Shown: piece by piece, positions 9,247 through 18,971 of the stretch | Layout: every line of letters starts with the position of its first letter | Position numbering within the stretch: position 1 is the first letter of the stretch | Assembly (NCBI GenBank): GCA_963837465.1 | Contig: CAWINB010000001.1 | Location: forward strand, 75,915 to 139,914 | Direction of reading: 5' to 3' | DNA: 64,000 nt | DNA from: Candidatus Doudnabacteria bacterium | GTDB taxonomy: Bacteria > Patescibacteriota > Doudnabacteria > UBA920 | The notes under the pieces: model-generated | Told to the model about the DNA's origin: nothing | What the model saw: only the letters and a program-made list of their open reading frames with translations | The model's database searches: none | Made by a program: the position numbers and the translations under genes

Positions 9247-10192
9247 ATGGCCAGGCGCATTGTTTCAAAAGTAAAGGTGTTTTGGGCGGGGAAAAACAAC
9301 TACGATAAATTCATTATAGGCGCATCGCTTATTTTTTTAGGTGTCGCGGCTTTTTTTATTATCCTGCACCAGGTATTTTTTACCCCTGACCAGTTTTACG
9401 TTTTAGGTTTTGTGTTCGCGCTTATTACGGGACAGGCTACGGCTTTTTTATGGGACTGGACGCCGCTGGTGCTGCTGATTTTTTCTTATGAATATCTCAG
9501 GGGCCTGATACCGCTGGTGAACCATCATATCCATTTTGATCTAATGCCCAATTTTGACAAGCTTGTATTCGGCTTTATCCCCTCGGCGGTGCTGCAGACA
9601 AAAATTTTACACGCCGGGACATTTGCACTGGTATGATTACACAGCCGTAATTTTGTATTTAATGCACTTTGTGGTGCCCATGATAACCGGTTATATTTTT
9701 TGGGAAACCGACCGGGATTACTTCAGGGAATACGCCGCGGCCATTGTGGCTTTATCTTATCTTACTTTTTTAACTTACCTTATTTTTCCAGCCGCTCCGC
9801 CGTGGATGGGCTCGCAGCAGGGGATTATCCCTTCGGTACAGCATATAACAACAGTTATCTTGGGACATTTGTTTAACTATGTTTCCATTCCCACAGTTTA
9901 CCGCTATTTCGGCGATAACATTACCGCAGCCGTGCCGTCTTTGCATGCCGCGTATCCTTTGCTTAGCGCCTTGTATATAGGCAAAAAATGGCCCAAAGTC
10001 TGGCCGATTCTGGCTGCTTATGTTCTGGGGGTATGGTTGGCGGTAATGTACCTGGGCGAGCATTATTTTTTTGATGTCACCCTCGGCGCCATTTACGCCA
10101 TGTTTGTTTACGTCGCGGCCCAGCGCGTCAGGCAGTATCTGGAAAAAAGAAAAGCCGGAAAATTAAGCCGCCATCCCGCGGTTGCCGCTTAA
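9247..10192 (+). CDS. PAP2-family membrane phosphatase, apparently interrupted by a +1 frameshift near 9600-9636 (or two adjacent genes)
   Basis: Frame-1 ORF 9247-9636 and frame-2 ORF continuing to 10192. The downstream part has PAP2-like PSLHAAYP and EHYFFDV motifs. Shift region contains A5/T4 runs. A possible internal ATG at 9662 would allow two separate genes. Confidence 0.45.
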
Positions 10193-10322
10193 AACCCGAC
10201 AGTGGAAGTTTGCTTTAAAAAGGGACAGGATCCGGGTATCGAAAAACCGGGATCGCTTTCGGGCGCGAACCGTTACAAATCTGCTTTGCGGCAACTATTT
10301 TAAAATCAGCGGGTTCTGGAGT

Positions 10323-10347
10323 AAAACCGCGCCAGCGGTTTTTTTTC
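10323..10347 (+). terminator. intrinsic terminator after the PAP2 gene
   Basis: AAAACCGC-GCCA-GCGGTTTTTTTT. Confidence 0.55.
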
Positions 10348-10399
10348 TTGGCGGCACCTACGCTTGCCGTTTGGCCGTGGAGTAACGCGGGCTGTCAGC

Positions 10400-10428
10400 G
10401 CCCGTAGGTTTTACGGCCGGGCTTTTTT
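10400..10428 (+). terminator. second tandem intrinsic terminator
   Basis: GCCCG...CGGGC stem followed by TTTTTT. Confidence 0.4.
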
Positions 10429-10560
10429 CAGCCACGGCAACCGGTCAAGGCGCAAATAATGAGGCGGCGGAATATGCCCGGGAAAAACTCCGCTATTTCT
10501 GTCCCGGCGCCTTTCGTGATATGATACAGTCAGATTATTAAGATCCAACTTTAAAAAATA

Positions 10561-10974
10561 ATGTTATCAAAATTCCGACACCCGGATCTGGGTTTATTGC
10601 TGATCCGCTTGGGCTTGGCTTACGAATTTATTACCCATGCCTGGCAAAAATTAAGCCATTCGCAAATGACCATCAGGTTTTTTGGGCATTTGGGTTTGCC
10701 GTTTCCCCATTTTACAATGTATTTGGTTTGCGGAGTCGAACTGCTGGGCGGAACAGCCATGCTAATCGGTTTTTGGACCGAAATTCTAGGCCTGCTTTTA
10801 GCAGCGGACATGCTGGGAGTAATTCTCACGGTACGCGTGGGGCCAATGGCTCACACATTGCTTGCTGGCCATGATTTTGAATTTATGCTGCTGCTGATGT
10901 CCGTGGGCATTGCCCTTATAGGCAGCGGCAGATACGCCGTGGACAGGCCCAAACGACAGCAGATACTGGTGTAA
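10561..10974 (+). CDS. DoxX-family membrane protein
   Basis: 137 aa, four hydrophobic helices. LLLIRLGLAYEFITHAW is the DoxX N-terminal pattern. Confidence 0.7.
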   Translation: MLSKFRHPDLGLLLIRLGLAYEFITHAWQKLSHSQMTIRFFGHLGLPFPHFTMYLVCGVELLGGTAMLIGFWTEILGLLLAADMLGVILTVRVGPMAHTLLAGHDFEFMLLLMSVGIALIGSGRYAVDRPKRQQILV

Positions 10975-11053
10975 AATTCAGAACCTGTATTAAATAATTG
11001 CTTCCCTAAAATTGGAGCGGTTGCACTTATGCTAAAATCAATCTACATACACC

Positions 11054-11941
11054 ATGACTGAAACCAGAAAAGGAGAGATGGCAATTATTGCGGAAGCTTT
11101 GCTGTGGAGTGTTTTCCCCGTTCTCACTATCATTTCATTCGCCGCGCTTAATCCGATAACATCTTTGGCTTGGAGCACCTTGTTCGCCGCAGTATTTTTT
11201 GGGTTAATGGTGGCAATAAAAGGTAGAGTCCGCCAAATTTTTGACCCAAAAATTTGGCCGCTTACATTTGTGCCGATTTTTTTTGTCGGATGGATGTACT
11301 ACGGTTTGTATTTTTTGGGGCTGAAATTTACCACCGCAGGCAACGCCAGTATCATAGCTCTTATGGAGCTATTTTTTAGCTACCTGTTTTTTAATGTCTG
11401 GAAAAACCAGCAATTTTCCAAAGCTCATACTTTAGGAGCAGCTTTGATGCTTTTTGGCGCAGTTATTGTTTTATTTCCAAAGTATGGTTTTGCCTTTCAT
11501 GGCGGCGATTTTTTAGTTTTGCTGGCAACTGCTTTCGCTCCCGTGGGTAATTACTATCAGCAAAAACTCCGTAAAATAGTCAGCAGTGAAAGCATCCTAT
11601 TTTTACGTTCTTTATTTACTTTCCCGTTCGCTTTTTTACTGGCCGCTTTTTTAAAGGCGGATACGGGTCTGGTTTCTGTTGAGAAATATTTTTGGCTTTT
11701 GCTCTTAAATGGTTTTGTTGCTTTGGGTTTGAGTAAATTATGGTGGCTGGAGGGCATTCATCGCATTTCAGTGACCAAAGCCAATGCATTGTCCGTTGTT
11801 GCCCCGTTATTTACTTTACTATTCGCTTATATTTTTTTACGCCAAGCGCCGACAGTTTGGCAGTTTTTATCTTTTATCCCCATGGCAGCCGGTCTGATAC
11901 TTTTGACTTACCAAAAAAATCCAAGCATCGCGCAAAATTAA
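11054..11941 (+). CDS. EamA/DMT-superfamily transporter
   Basis: 295 aa with ~10 TM helices. Two repeated 5-TM halves are typical of DMT. Confidence 0.55.
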   Translation: MTETRKGEMAIIAEALLWSVFPVLTIISFAALNPITSLAWSTLFAAVFFGLMVAIKGRVRQIFDPKIWPLTFVPIFFVGWMYYGLYFLGLKFTTAGNASIIALMELFFSYLFFNVWKNQQFSKAHTLGAALMLFGAVIVLFPKYGFAFHGGDFLVLLATAFAPVGNYYQQKLRKIVSSESILFLRSLFTFPFAFLLAAFLKADTGLVSVEKYFWLLLLNGFVALGLSKLWWLEGIHRISVTKANALSVVAPLFTLLFAYIFLRQAPTVWQFLSFIPMAAGLILLTYQKNPSIAQN

Positions 11942-11975
11942 AAATCCGCAGGCGGTATCCGAGATTTAATTTATG

Positions 11976-12017
11976 TTCCGTTTGCGCTAGCGTACTAGTA
12001 CGCTAGCGCAAACGGAA
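11976..12017. terminator. 42-bp perfect palindrome after the DMT gene
   Basis: TTCCGTTTGCGCTAGCGTACTAGTACGCTAGCGCAAACGGAA followed by a T-rich tract. Confidence 0.5.
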
Positions 12018-12102
12018 ATGGTTTATTTTATAAAACACGCGGCCAAAGCGTGTTTTGCGCTTTGGTCCAGTTCTTTTTGTGCCATTATTTTTCAAATAGA
12101 TT

Positions 12103-12516
12103 TTGGCAAAAATTATGGAAAAAATCAAACATTTCTGCTATAATGCCTGTATGGAAAACTCCAATTACATGGAAAACCGCCCATGGGGCAAGTTTGAGAT
12201 ATTATCAAAGTTTGATGTCGAAGGCGGCAATGTTTGCGTAAAAATAATCACGGTACTGCCCAAAAAAAGACTGTCTTACCAGTCCCACAAAACGCGCGCC
12301 GAGCACTGGACTTTTGTCCAGGGCAGGGGAGAGGTTACTTTGGACGGCGATGTCCAAACCGTAGTCGCCGGCAGCGGCATAAATATTGCCGTGGCTGCCA
12401 AACACCGCGTTGCCAACATTTCCGAAAACCAGGAGCTGGTATTTATAGAAATTTCCACCGGACATTTTGACGAGAATGACATCGAGCGGTTTGAGGATGA
12501 TTTTGGCAGGAAGTAA
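12103..12516 (+). CDS. cupin-domain protein (mannose-6-phosphate isomerase type II C-terminal-like)
   Basis: WGKFEIL...SYQSHKTRAEHWTFVQGRGEV...GSGINIAVAAKHRV is the cupin-2 two-motif pattern. Alternative starts at 12151 or 12169. Confidence 0.65.
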   Translation: MAKIMEKIKHFCYNACMENSNYMENRPWGKFEILSKFDVEGGNVCVKIITVLPKKRLSYQSHKTRAEHWTFVQGRGEVTLDGDVQTVVAGSGINIAVAAKHRVANISENQELVFIEISTGHFDENDIERFEDDFGRK

Positions 12517-12547
12517 AAGTCGCATAGGATGCAAAGACTGTATAAAA

Positions 12548-12590
12548 CAAAAGCCGTCCCGGGTCTGCCAAAGGACGGCTTTTGTTTTTT
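12548..12590. terminator. bidirectional intrinsic terminator between convergent cupin and glutamine synthetase genes
   Basis: 12-bp perfect stem CAAAAGCCGTCC / GGACGGCTTTTG flanked by an A-run and a T-run. Confidence 0.7.
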
Positions 12591-12604
12591 TGATTACCGG
12601 ATAA

Positions 12605-13720
12605 TTATTTCATGGGGTTGGGTACCTCGGGCGCGGATTGGGAAGCTTTTTCTTCCGGGAATTCAAAGTTGCCCCAGCCGTATTTGTCGGGGTTAAAACC
12701 ATCGCCGCAGGTGGTTTCAATCAATGCGGTGCAGATTTGGTAAGGGTCCAAATTGGCGGCCGGGCGGCGGTCTTCCAGATAGCCTTTGCCGGCGTTGGCC
12801 GCGGCCATCGGAATCCTAATAGAAGCGCCGCGGTCGGACACGCCGTAGCGGAAATCTTTGTAACTGCAAGTTTCGTGCTTGCCGGTTAAGCGCTCTTCGT
12901 TTCCCGCGCCATAAACGCGCATATGCTGTTTGGCAAACTGGCTTAATTTTTCGCAGGTTTTTTTAATAACTTCCATACCGCCGGTTTCGCGCATAGGCAG
13001 AGTGGAAAAATTGGTGTGGCCGCCGGCGCCGTTCCAATCCCCGGTCATAGGTTTGGGGTCAAGCTTGGCATAGGCGCCAAAATCTTCGCCAAGACGGTAC
13101 AAAAGCCATCTCGCCAGCCATAAGTGGTCGGAGACTTCCAAAGGCGCCAATGTGCCTACCTGGAATTCCCACTGCGCGGGCATAACTTCGGCATTAATTC
13201 CGGTAATGCCCAAGCCAGCCTCTAAACAGGCTTTAAGATGGGCTTCCACCAAAGGACGCCCGTGGACTTCGTCAAAGCCTACGCCGCAGTAGTAGCGGCC
13301 CTGGGGATGCGGAAAGCCGTGGAGCGGCCAGCCAAACGGCCAGTCATTTTTACCGTAAAGCGTATACTCCTGCTCAATGCCGAACCATGGTTCCTGGTCA
13401 TTGTATTTTTCAGCTACATCCACCAAAATGTGGCGAGTGTTGGTTTTGTGAGGCGTACCGTCGGCGTTCAGCACTTCGCACATTACCAAAAGGTTGTCGC
13501 CTTTGTTGATCGGGTCCGGCACATAGTAAACCGGCTTTAGCTGGCAATCGCTAAAATGCCCTTCGGCTTGTTCGGTGCTGGAGCCGTCAAATCCCCACAT
13601 AGGAATATCGTCCAGCTTCCTAACGGGTCCGTTTATAATTTTGGTTTTGCTTCTTAACTTAGCCGTTGGCTTCCTGCCGTCCAGCCAAATGTACTCGGCC
13701 ATTACTTTACCGTTTGTCAT
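12605..13720 (-). CDS. glnII: glutamine synthetase, type II (eukaryote-like GSII)
   Basis: MAEYIWLDG N-terminus, FDGSS, and KPMTGDWNGAGGHTNFS signature. 371 aa. Confidence 0.85.
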   Translation of the reverse strand: MTNGKVMAEYIWLDGRKPTAKLRSKTKIINGPVRKLDDIPMWGFDGSSTEQAEGHFSDCQLKPVYYVPDPINKGDNLLVMCEVLNADGTPHKTNTRHILVDVAEKYNDQEPWFGIEQEYTLYGKNDWPFGWPLHGFPHPQGRYYCGVGFDEVHGRPLVEAHLKACLEAGLGITGINAEVMPAQWEFQVGTLAPLEVSDHLWLARWLLYRLGEDFGAYAKLDPKPMTGDWNGAGGHTNFSTLPMRETGGMEVIKKTCEKLSQFAKQHMRVYGAGNEERLTGKHETCSYKDFRYGVSDRGASIRIPMAAANAGKGYLEDRRPAANLDPYQICTALIETTCGDGFNPDKYGWGNFEFPEEKASQSAPEVPNPMK

Positions 13721-14063
13721 ATTATTTTTTCCCTTTCTTTTGAAGTCGTTAATGCTTTGTAAAAATTTTTGTATTTTCGCGTCATCTTATTTGTATCAAG
13801 AAAAAATAATAAGTTTATCATTGACGCTTAGCGCATTAATTTTTTGCCTTAAAAAATTAAAAAACACCTTTTACGCGCGCTGCTTTTTTATCCAAAAAAG
13901 CAATTAGGGTGTTTTTTTTAACTTTATATTTATTTGTATACGGTTATGTTACCAGATTTTAAAACGATGTCAAATAGGTCAAAATAAAGCTTATTTTAAG
14001 GGATTTTTGCATTTCCCAAAGTTTTCCACAGTATAAAATATCGGATGAATAAAAATGCCCCGC

Positions 14064-15014
14064 CTAAAAATCCGTTTGACTTTTAAAATCCTTAAGTCTT
14101 TGCTTAATATCTATGACTCTGATTTTTTGTAGTCGTCTGGTGCCAAGTCTTTCACAACAAAAACTGGCCAGTGCAGAGCCGTAAGCGCAGGCTTTTTTTA
14201 GGTTCTTCCACGAAGTATTATTTGTCTTTGCCAAATACCCCATAAACCCTCCCGCGAAGCTGTCGCCGGCGCCGGTGGGGTCGATGACTTTTTCCAGGGG
14301 GTAGCCGGGGAGATGAAAAATTTGGGATTTTTGGAACATCATCAGGCCGTATTCGCCGCGTTTGATGATGAGTGTAGGGGCTGGCTTTAGCCGCCCGTCA
14401 TCATTGGAAAGCGGGCGGGCAAGCCCGGCCCCTACAGTTCGCATAATCTTTTTGGCGGCTTTAATTAAATTATGTTCTCCCGATAGCTGTCGTGCTTCGG
14501 AATCGTTGATAATAAAAACATTTACCAGTTTTAAAACTTTGGCCAGCTGTTTGGGCGCGCTTGATATCCAAAAATTCATTGTATCCAGCCCCACAAATTT
14601 TGGTTTATTTATCTGGCTTAAAACTTCCAGCTGCAAAGAGGGGTGGATGTTGCCCGAAAAAATGTAGCCGGCTTTGGTGTGGCGGGGGAGTAGTCGGGGT
14701 TTAAAATTTTCAAAAACATTTAAGCGGGTAAATAAAGTTTCGCGGCTGTTTAAATCAAAACTGTACTCGCCGCCCCAGGCAAAGGTTTTGCCGCTTTCGG
14801 TTTGCAGGCCCGAAATATCCGCGGCGCCTCCAAGAATTTTTTTATCGGCCGCCGCAAAATCATTCCCCACTACCGCTACAAGCATCGGCTTTATAAAAAA
14901 CCTTGCGGCCAAAGAAAAATAAGTGGCGCTGCCGCCCAGCGCTCTCTTAACTTTGCCAAAAGGGGTTTTAATGCTGTCGTAGGCTACGGACCCGACGATT
15001 AAAAGGTTATTCAT
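14064..15014 (-). CDS. PfkB-family carbohydrate kinase (ribokinase-like)
   Basis: N-terminal GSVAYD and C-terminal DPTGAGDSFAGGF PfkB signature. Contains the in-frame palindromic insert at 14374-14435. Confidence 0.8.
   Translation of the reverse strand: MNNLLIVGSVAYDSIKTPFGKVKRALGGSATYFSLAARFFIKPMLVAVVGNDFAAADKKILGGAADISGLQTESGKTFAWGGEYSFDLNSRETLFTRLNVFENFKPRLLPRHTKAGYIFSGNIHPSLQLEVLSQINKPKFVGLDTMNFWISSAPKQLAKVLKLVNVFIINDSEARQLSGEHNLIKAAKKIMRTVGAGLARPLSNDDGRLKPAPTLIIKRGEYGLMMFQKSQIFHLPGYPLEKVIDPTGAGDSFAGGFMGYLAKTNNTSWKNLKKACAYGSALASFCCERLGTRRLQKIRVIDIKQRLKDFKSQTDF
14374..14435. repeat. GC-rich palindromic element (RPE-like) inserted in-frame in the PfkB kinase gene
   Basis: 24-bp arms GTAGGGGCTGGCTTTAGCCGCCCG / CGGGCGGGCAAGCCCGGCCCCTAC around a 14-bp centre. 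Same left arm and similar right arm at 38180-38263. Confidence 0.7.
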
Positions 15015-15239
15015 AAAATCAAGCTAAAATACAGACCCAAACCGCGTGGTGATTTGGGTCTGGGTCTGCGTCCTGGTAAGTCCCAGGACGCAAGTTCATA
15101 AAGCTCTTCCTCCAGATCGTAATCCAGAGGCCAAAACTTTTTTCGATTCATCCGCTACCTCCGAACTAATCATAGGAGTAAGAGTATGTGATGTCAATAT
15201 ATAAAATTAAAGGTTTTTTGATGTTATCATTAATTGAGC

Positions 15240-16757
15240 TTACCCCATGCTGTGCCTAAGAACAGCAGCCTGCTCAATCAGGTTCGTTAATCCGCGGCCG
15301 GTTTTTAAGTTTTGGTGGATTTTCGCGGAAATTAACTGGTGTTCCTGTTCGTTTAGGTATTTGGGCTTAAGCGGTTTGCCCAGGTATTTTTCTATTTCCT
15401 CCACGTCGCGCAAAATCTCTTTCCAAGCCGGGGATTTTTTGGCCAGGTTTATAAGCCCGGGTTTGTATAAAAATTTTCCCGCGAAATATAAATCGTGTTT
15501 CAGATTAATGTAGTATTTTTCCATAAGATGCAATTGTCCGGCTTCGCGCGCGGCCGCCAAACCCCGTCCGGTGCCTATAAGCTCCGGCGGCACGCCCAGC
15601 GAATAAAGCGCGGCGGTAAAGCTGATGGCGCGCGGCAGTTTAACTTTGCCCATGCCCCGGCTGTAGCCGAACAGGCCGATGTGCTGGACGCGTTCGCGGC
15701 GTTTGGGCAAATGTCTGGCCAGCTCATTTATCGTTGGGGCGATTTTTTCCACGCTGCCGCGGTAAGCGGCTTCAAATGGCTTTATGGTTTTAACCAAATC
15801 CGCCTCTTCGCCCGCGGTTATGTCCGCCGCCTGTCCTTTGGGCAACCCCGCCTCCAGAATTTTTATCGCTTTTATCACAACGGCTTTGGGGTAATCATAA
15901 CGAAAAGCGCTTTGAATAGTTACCGTCCTTATGCCTTTGTACTCCTGTAAAAATCTTTCGGGCCTTAAAGGATACAAACCGCCGCGAAAAGGCAAAGCCC
16001 CGCAGCCAATTACCGGGTAAAGTTTGATGTTATGCTTTTTGGCGAATTTTTTGTAGCGAGAAAGCGCGATTTTAATGGCCAGCACGGTCGGAACCAGACC
16101 GGAATTTAGCGCCGGATCCGAACGGGCCACGTAAGGTCTTAAATACGGCGTTGAGGATTTGAATTTTCGTCCGCGCAGCCGCAAGTATTTTTCCAAAATC
16201 CGGTCGGAGTTGATAATCGTGCCGACCTGTTCAAATAAAGGAACTATCAGCACTCCGTCCAGCAGCTGTTTTTCAAACCGGTTTAAAGGGTGTTTAAGCG
16301 ACGCGATTTCCGCGAAAGCTTCCTGGATATCTATCATTTCCTCCGCGCTTTCCGTCATCGGTAAAATCACCTCAAACAGCGGGGGGCTGTGCATGCCGAC
16401 CTGCTTGGCCAAACCGGCGGCGCTTAAAATCCCCATAAGCGCGCGTCCCATCCTGAATTCCGTTTCCACCTTGGGGTTCGGTAAACGGAAGGTCAAAAAT
16501 TTTTCTTTGCCTATTGGATGCTTTTTAAAAAAGTCGTATTTTTCGCTGAACAATCTTTCCAATACGGACTCGTCCACTAACTTGCCTTCCCAGTCCCACT
16601 TGTACTCCGAAATGCCCAAATCTTTAAAAGATAAAAACAATTCCCCGGCTTCGTCCATAGTGGAAATAAAAGCGTCTTTTTTCCAAAACGGCGGGCCGGC
16701 GTGATCCGGATGCTGCGTGGCCATGGTGGCCGGAATTTTTCTGTGTGCTTTTTTCAT
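15240..16757 (-). CDS. ppcA: archaeal-type phosphoenolpyruvate carboxylase
   Basis: N-terminal IPATMATQHPDH matches the archaeal-type PEPC MSTQHPDN motif. ~505 aa, typical for this family. Confidence 0.8.
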   Translation of the reverse strand: MKKAHRKIPATMATQHPDHAGPPFWKKDAFISTMDEAGELFLSFKDLGISEYKWDWEGKLVDESVLERLFSEKYDFFKKHPIGKEKFLTFRLPNPKVETEFRMGRALMGILSAAGLAKQVGMHSPPLFEVILPMTESAEEMIDIQEAFAEIASLKHPLNRFEKQLLDGVLIVPLFEQVGTIINSDRILEKYLRLRGRKFKSSTPYLRPYVARSDPALNSGLVPTVLAIKIALSRYKKFAKKHNIKLYPVIGCGALPFRGGLYPLRPERFLQEYKGIRTVTIQSAFRYDYPKAVVIKAIKILEAGLPKGQAADITAGEEADLVKTIKPFEAAYRGSVEKIAPTINELARHLPKRRERVQHIGLFGYSRGMGKVKLPRAISFTAALYSLGVPPELIGTGRGLAAAREAGQLHLMEKYYINLKHDLYFAGKFLYKPGLINLAKKSPAWKEILRDVEEIEKYLGKPLKPKYLNEQEHQLISAKIHQNLKTGRGLTNLIEQAAVLRHSMG

Positions 16758-16896
16758 CTGCGATTATTTTTTCATACTCTTCTGTTAATGTCAAAGATTT
16801 GTTATGATTATCGGGTAATGCATCCTGCGGCGCTCCTGATTTATTGGGCTGTATTTGGGTAGCTTGATGCGGCTCTAAAATCATTACTTAAATTTC

Positions 16897-16970
16897 GCGG
16901 GATTAGTACAATGGCAGTATGAGACCTTCCCAAGGTTTAGACACGGGTCCGATTCCCGTATCCCGCTCCA
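16897..16970 (+). tRNA. tRNA-Gly (anticodon CCC)
   Basis: Manual cloverleaf. Acceptor GCGGGAT/ATCCCGC, anticodon loop TTCCCAA, T-loop TCCGATT, discriminator T, encoded CCA. 74 nt. Confidence 0.8.
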
Positions 16971-17110
16971 GCCTTCGCCCCTAAAGGGGCTACGGCTGGC
17001 TTACGCCCGCAAATTTAAATTAACAACCAAATTAGATTCAATAATGGCGGAGGCTGCGACGCCGAAGTCCCGCAGAGCGGGACGAAGGCGGGCTAGTTTC
17101 CAGCAAAACG

Positions 17111-17356
17111 ATGTTCTACGTATATATCCTAAAAAGTATTAATTTCCCCAAAGAACATTATGTAGGCTATTCCAAAGATTTAAAATCCCGCCTCAAAGCC
17201 CATGACTGGGGCGACTCAACCCATACTAAAAAATTTAAACCCTGGAAACTTATTTGCTATCTAGGCTTTGAAAATGAAAAATCAGCCAAAGAATTCGAGT
17301 ATTATTTAAAAACTGGTTCTGGTAGAGCATTCTTGAAAAGACATTTATTGAAGTAA
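17111..17356 (+). CDS. GIY-YIG nuclease-domain protein (small UPF0213-like)
   Basis: FYVYILKS...HYVGYSKDLKSRLKAH matches GIY-YIG. 81 aa, AT-rich. Confidence 0.7.
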   Translation: MFYVYILKSINFPKEHYVGYSKDLKSRLKAHDWGDSTHTKKFKPWKLICYLGFENEKSAKEFEYYLKTGSGRAFLKRHLLK

Positions 17357-17643
17357 AAAAAATACTCCGTTTCTTGGAGTGATTTTTGATATAAAAATCC
17401 ATTAAATTGGCCTTGTGTTCAAGGTCATTAATCGCTAGAAAAAATAATTTTAAATCGTAGTCTGAAATTTCTGAAAAATTGCGGAGCATAAGGCTACATT
17501 ATACCAAGATAAGCCGGAATTAGGGAAGTGTTTCAAGTGGGCAGACAAAGGGGTACGGCCAAAAATAATTGGGGTTGCTTAATGGGTTTATTAAATGATA
17601 TAATCGCCTTATAATTACTGACGCCAAAAAAACTCATCGCAGT

Positions 17644-18678
17644 TTGTTATCAATTAAAGGAATTTTATATTTAATAATATCAATTATGTTTAAAAATTTA
17701 AAAAAACTCCGACCATTATTTTTAGGCGCGGCGGCAATCTTTGTATTGAGCTTTAATCCGGGACTCAGCTTAACAACTCAAGCCGCGACTTTAACCATAT
17801 CAAATGTACAGGTATCCACCACCTACACTACCGCGACAATAACATGGACAACCAATTTACCGGCAGATTCCGAAGTTGGCTACTTATGGTTTTTGTCCAA
17901 AACAAATATGGTACAGTCTGAATTAACAACCAGCCATTCCATAACTTTAACCTCGCTCTTGTCAGGGGCAAATTATAACTATACAATAAAATCTATCAGC
18001 CAGGACGGGCAAACCGCCTTTCAAGACTACAAGCCTTTTACCACAAAGGTTCAACCAGGATCTTCGTTAACCACAAGCGAGCCTGTATCGGAAACTGACC
18101 CAGCAGGCACAAATATCATCTCCAGCGGCACGGTATATCTGATAACCGCCAGCGGCCAAAAGCGGCCATATACCTCTGCGGGAGCTTTCTTGTCGTACGG
18201 CTTTAACGCTTGGACCAACGTAGTTCAGGCCGGTTCCGCCGACTTAGCATTGCCAACCGGCAACTTTATCCCGCCCAGGGACGGCAAAATTATCTGCTCA
18301 AACAAAGGCTCGGACACGGGCACTTGTTACCTTATTACGGATAGTAAAAAAGCCGCCTTTACCAGCGCGGCCGTATTTACCGGTTTGGGCTTTAGCTTTT
18401 CCGACTCTTTAAGCGGCGATGTGTCATTTTTGCCGCCCGCTCCAAATATCAATTCTGTTAGCCAAGCGCACCCCGCGGGAGTTTTAATAAACAAGGGCGG
18501 CACAATTTACCTTGTGGGCGATAATGGCCTGCTCGGTATACCTAATATGGGAACACTAACATCTTGGGGATACTCTTTAACCGATTCCGTTCCCGCCAAC
18601 GCCGCTGATTCAGCCATGGCGCAAGCCGGCGTTATGTCCGCGCGTACGGCCGGCGCTTTAAGCCCGTTTGGGAATTAA
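17644..18678 (+). CDS. secreted protein with fibronectin-III-like domain and three ~60-aa tandem repeats
   Basis: Signal peptide, then TATITWTTNLPADSEVGY (FN3/purple-acid-phosphatase-N-like), then three repeats starting G[TK][IV]YL. Likely start at ATG 17686. Confidence 0.5.
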   Translation: MLSIKGILYLIISIMFKNLKKLRPLFLGAAAIFVLSFNPGLSLTTQAATLTISNVQVSTTYTTATITWTTNLPADSEVGYLWFLSKTNMVQSELTTSHSITLTSLLSGANYNYTIKSISQDGQTAFQDYKPFTTKVQPGSSLTTSEPVSETDPAGTNIISSGTVYLITASGQKRPYTSAGAFLSYGFNAWTNVVQAGSADLALPTGNFIPPRDGKIICSNKGSDTGTCYLITDSKKAAFTSAAVFTGLGFSFSDSLSGDVSFLPPAPNINSVSQAHPAGVLINKGGTIYLVGDNGLLGIPNMGTLTSWGYSLTDSVPANAADSAMAQAGVMSARTAGALSPFGN

Positions 18679-18971
18679 AGTTTTACTAAGAACCTATCCA
18701 TTGCGTGGTTACAAAACTCATTGGAGCCGCTGATTTTATTGGATCAAGCTATAGTTTTGGAACCGCCACCATCTGCTTTGTGGCGCAAGCGTAGTTTCCG
18801 ATTATTTATCCCAATCCGCAGTTCCATAATCGGATTTGCGGATAACCGTGCCATCGATAATCAGCCAGCCGTCTGACAGCTTGCCGAAGACGCAAAAAAT
18901 TATCCAAGCGGCAAGGTTATCGCGTTAATGGAGGTAACAAGAAAGAAGTCAAAGCAGTCAAAAATCGTTTT

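Noticed and set aside
10182-10385. 67-aa ORF in the region after the PAP2 gene
   Set aside because: Arg-rich translation overlapping two intrinsic terminators. Non-coding.
13575-13907. 110-aa ORF overlapping the 5' end of glnII
   Set aside because: Hydrophobic low-complexity translation of the AT-rich glnII promoter region. Overlaps glnII in antisense.
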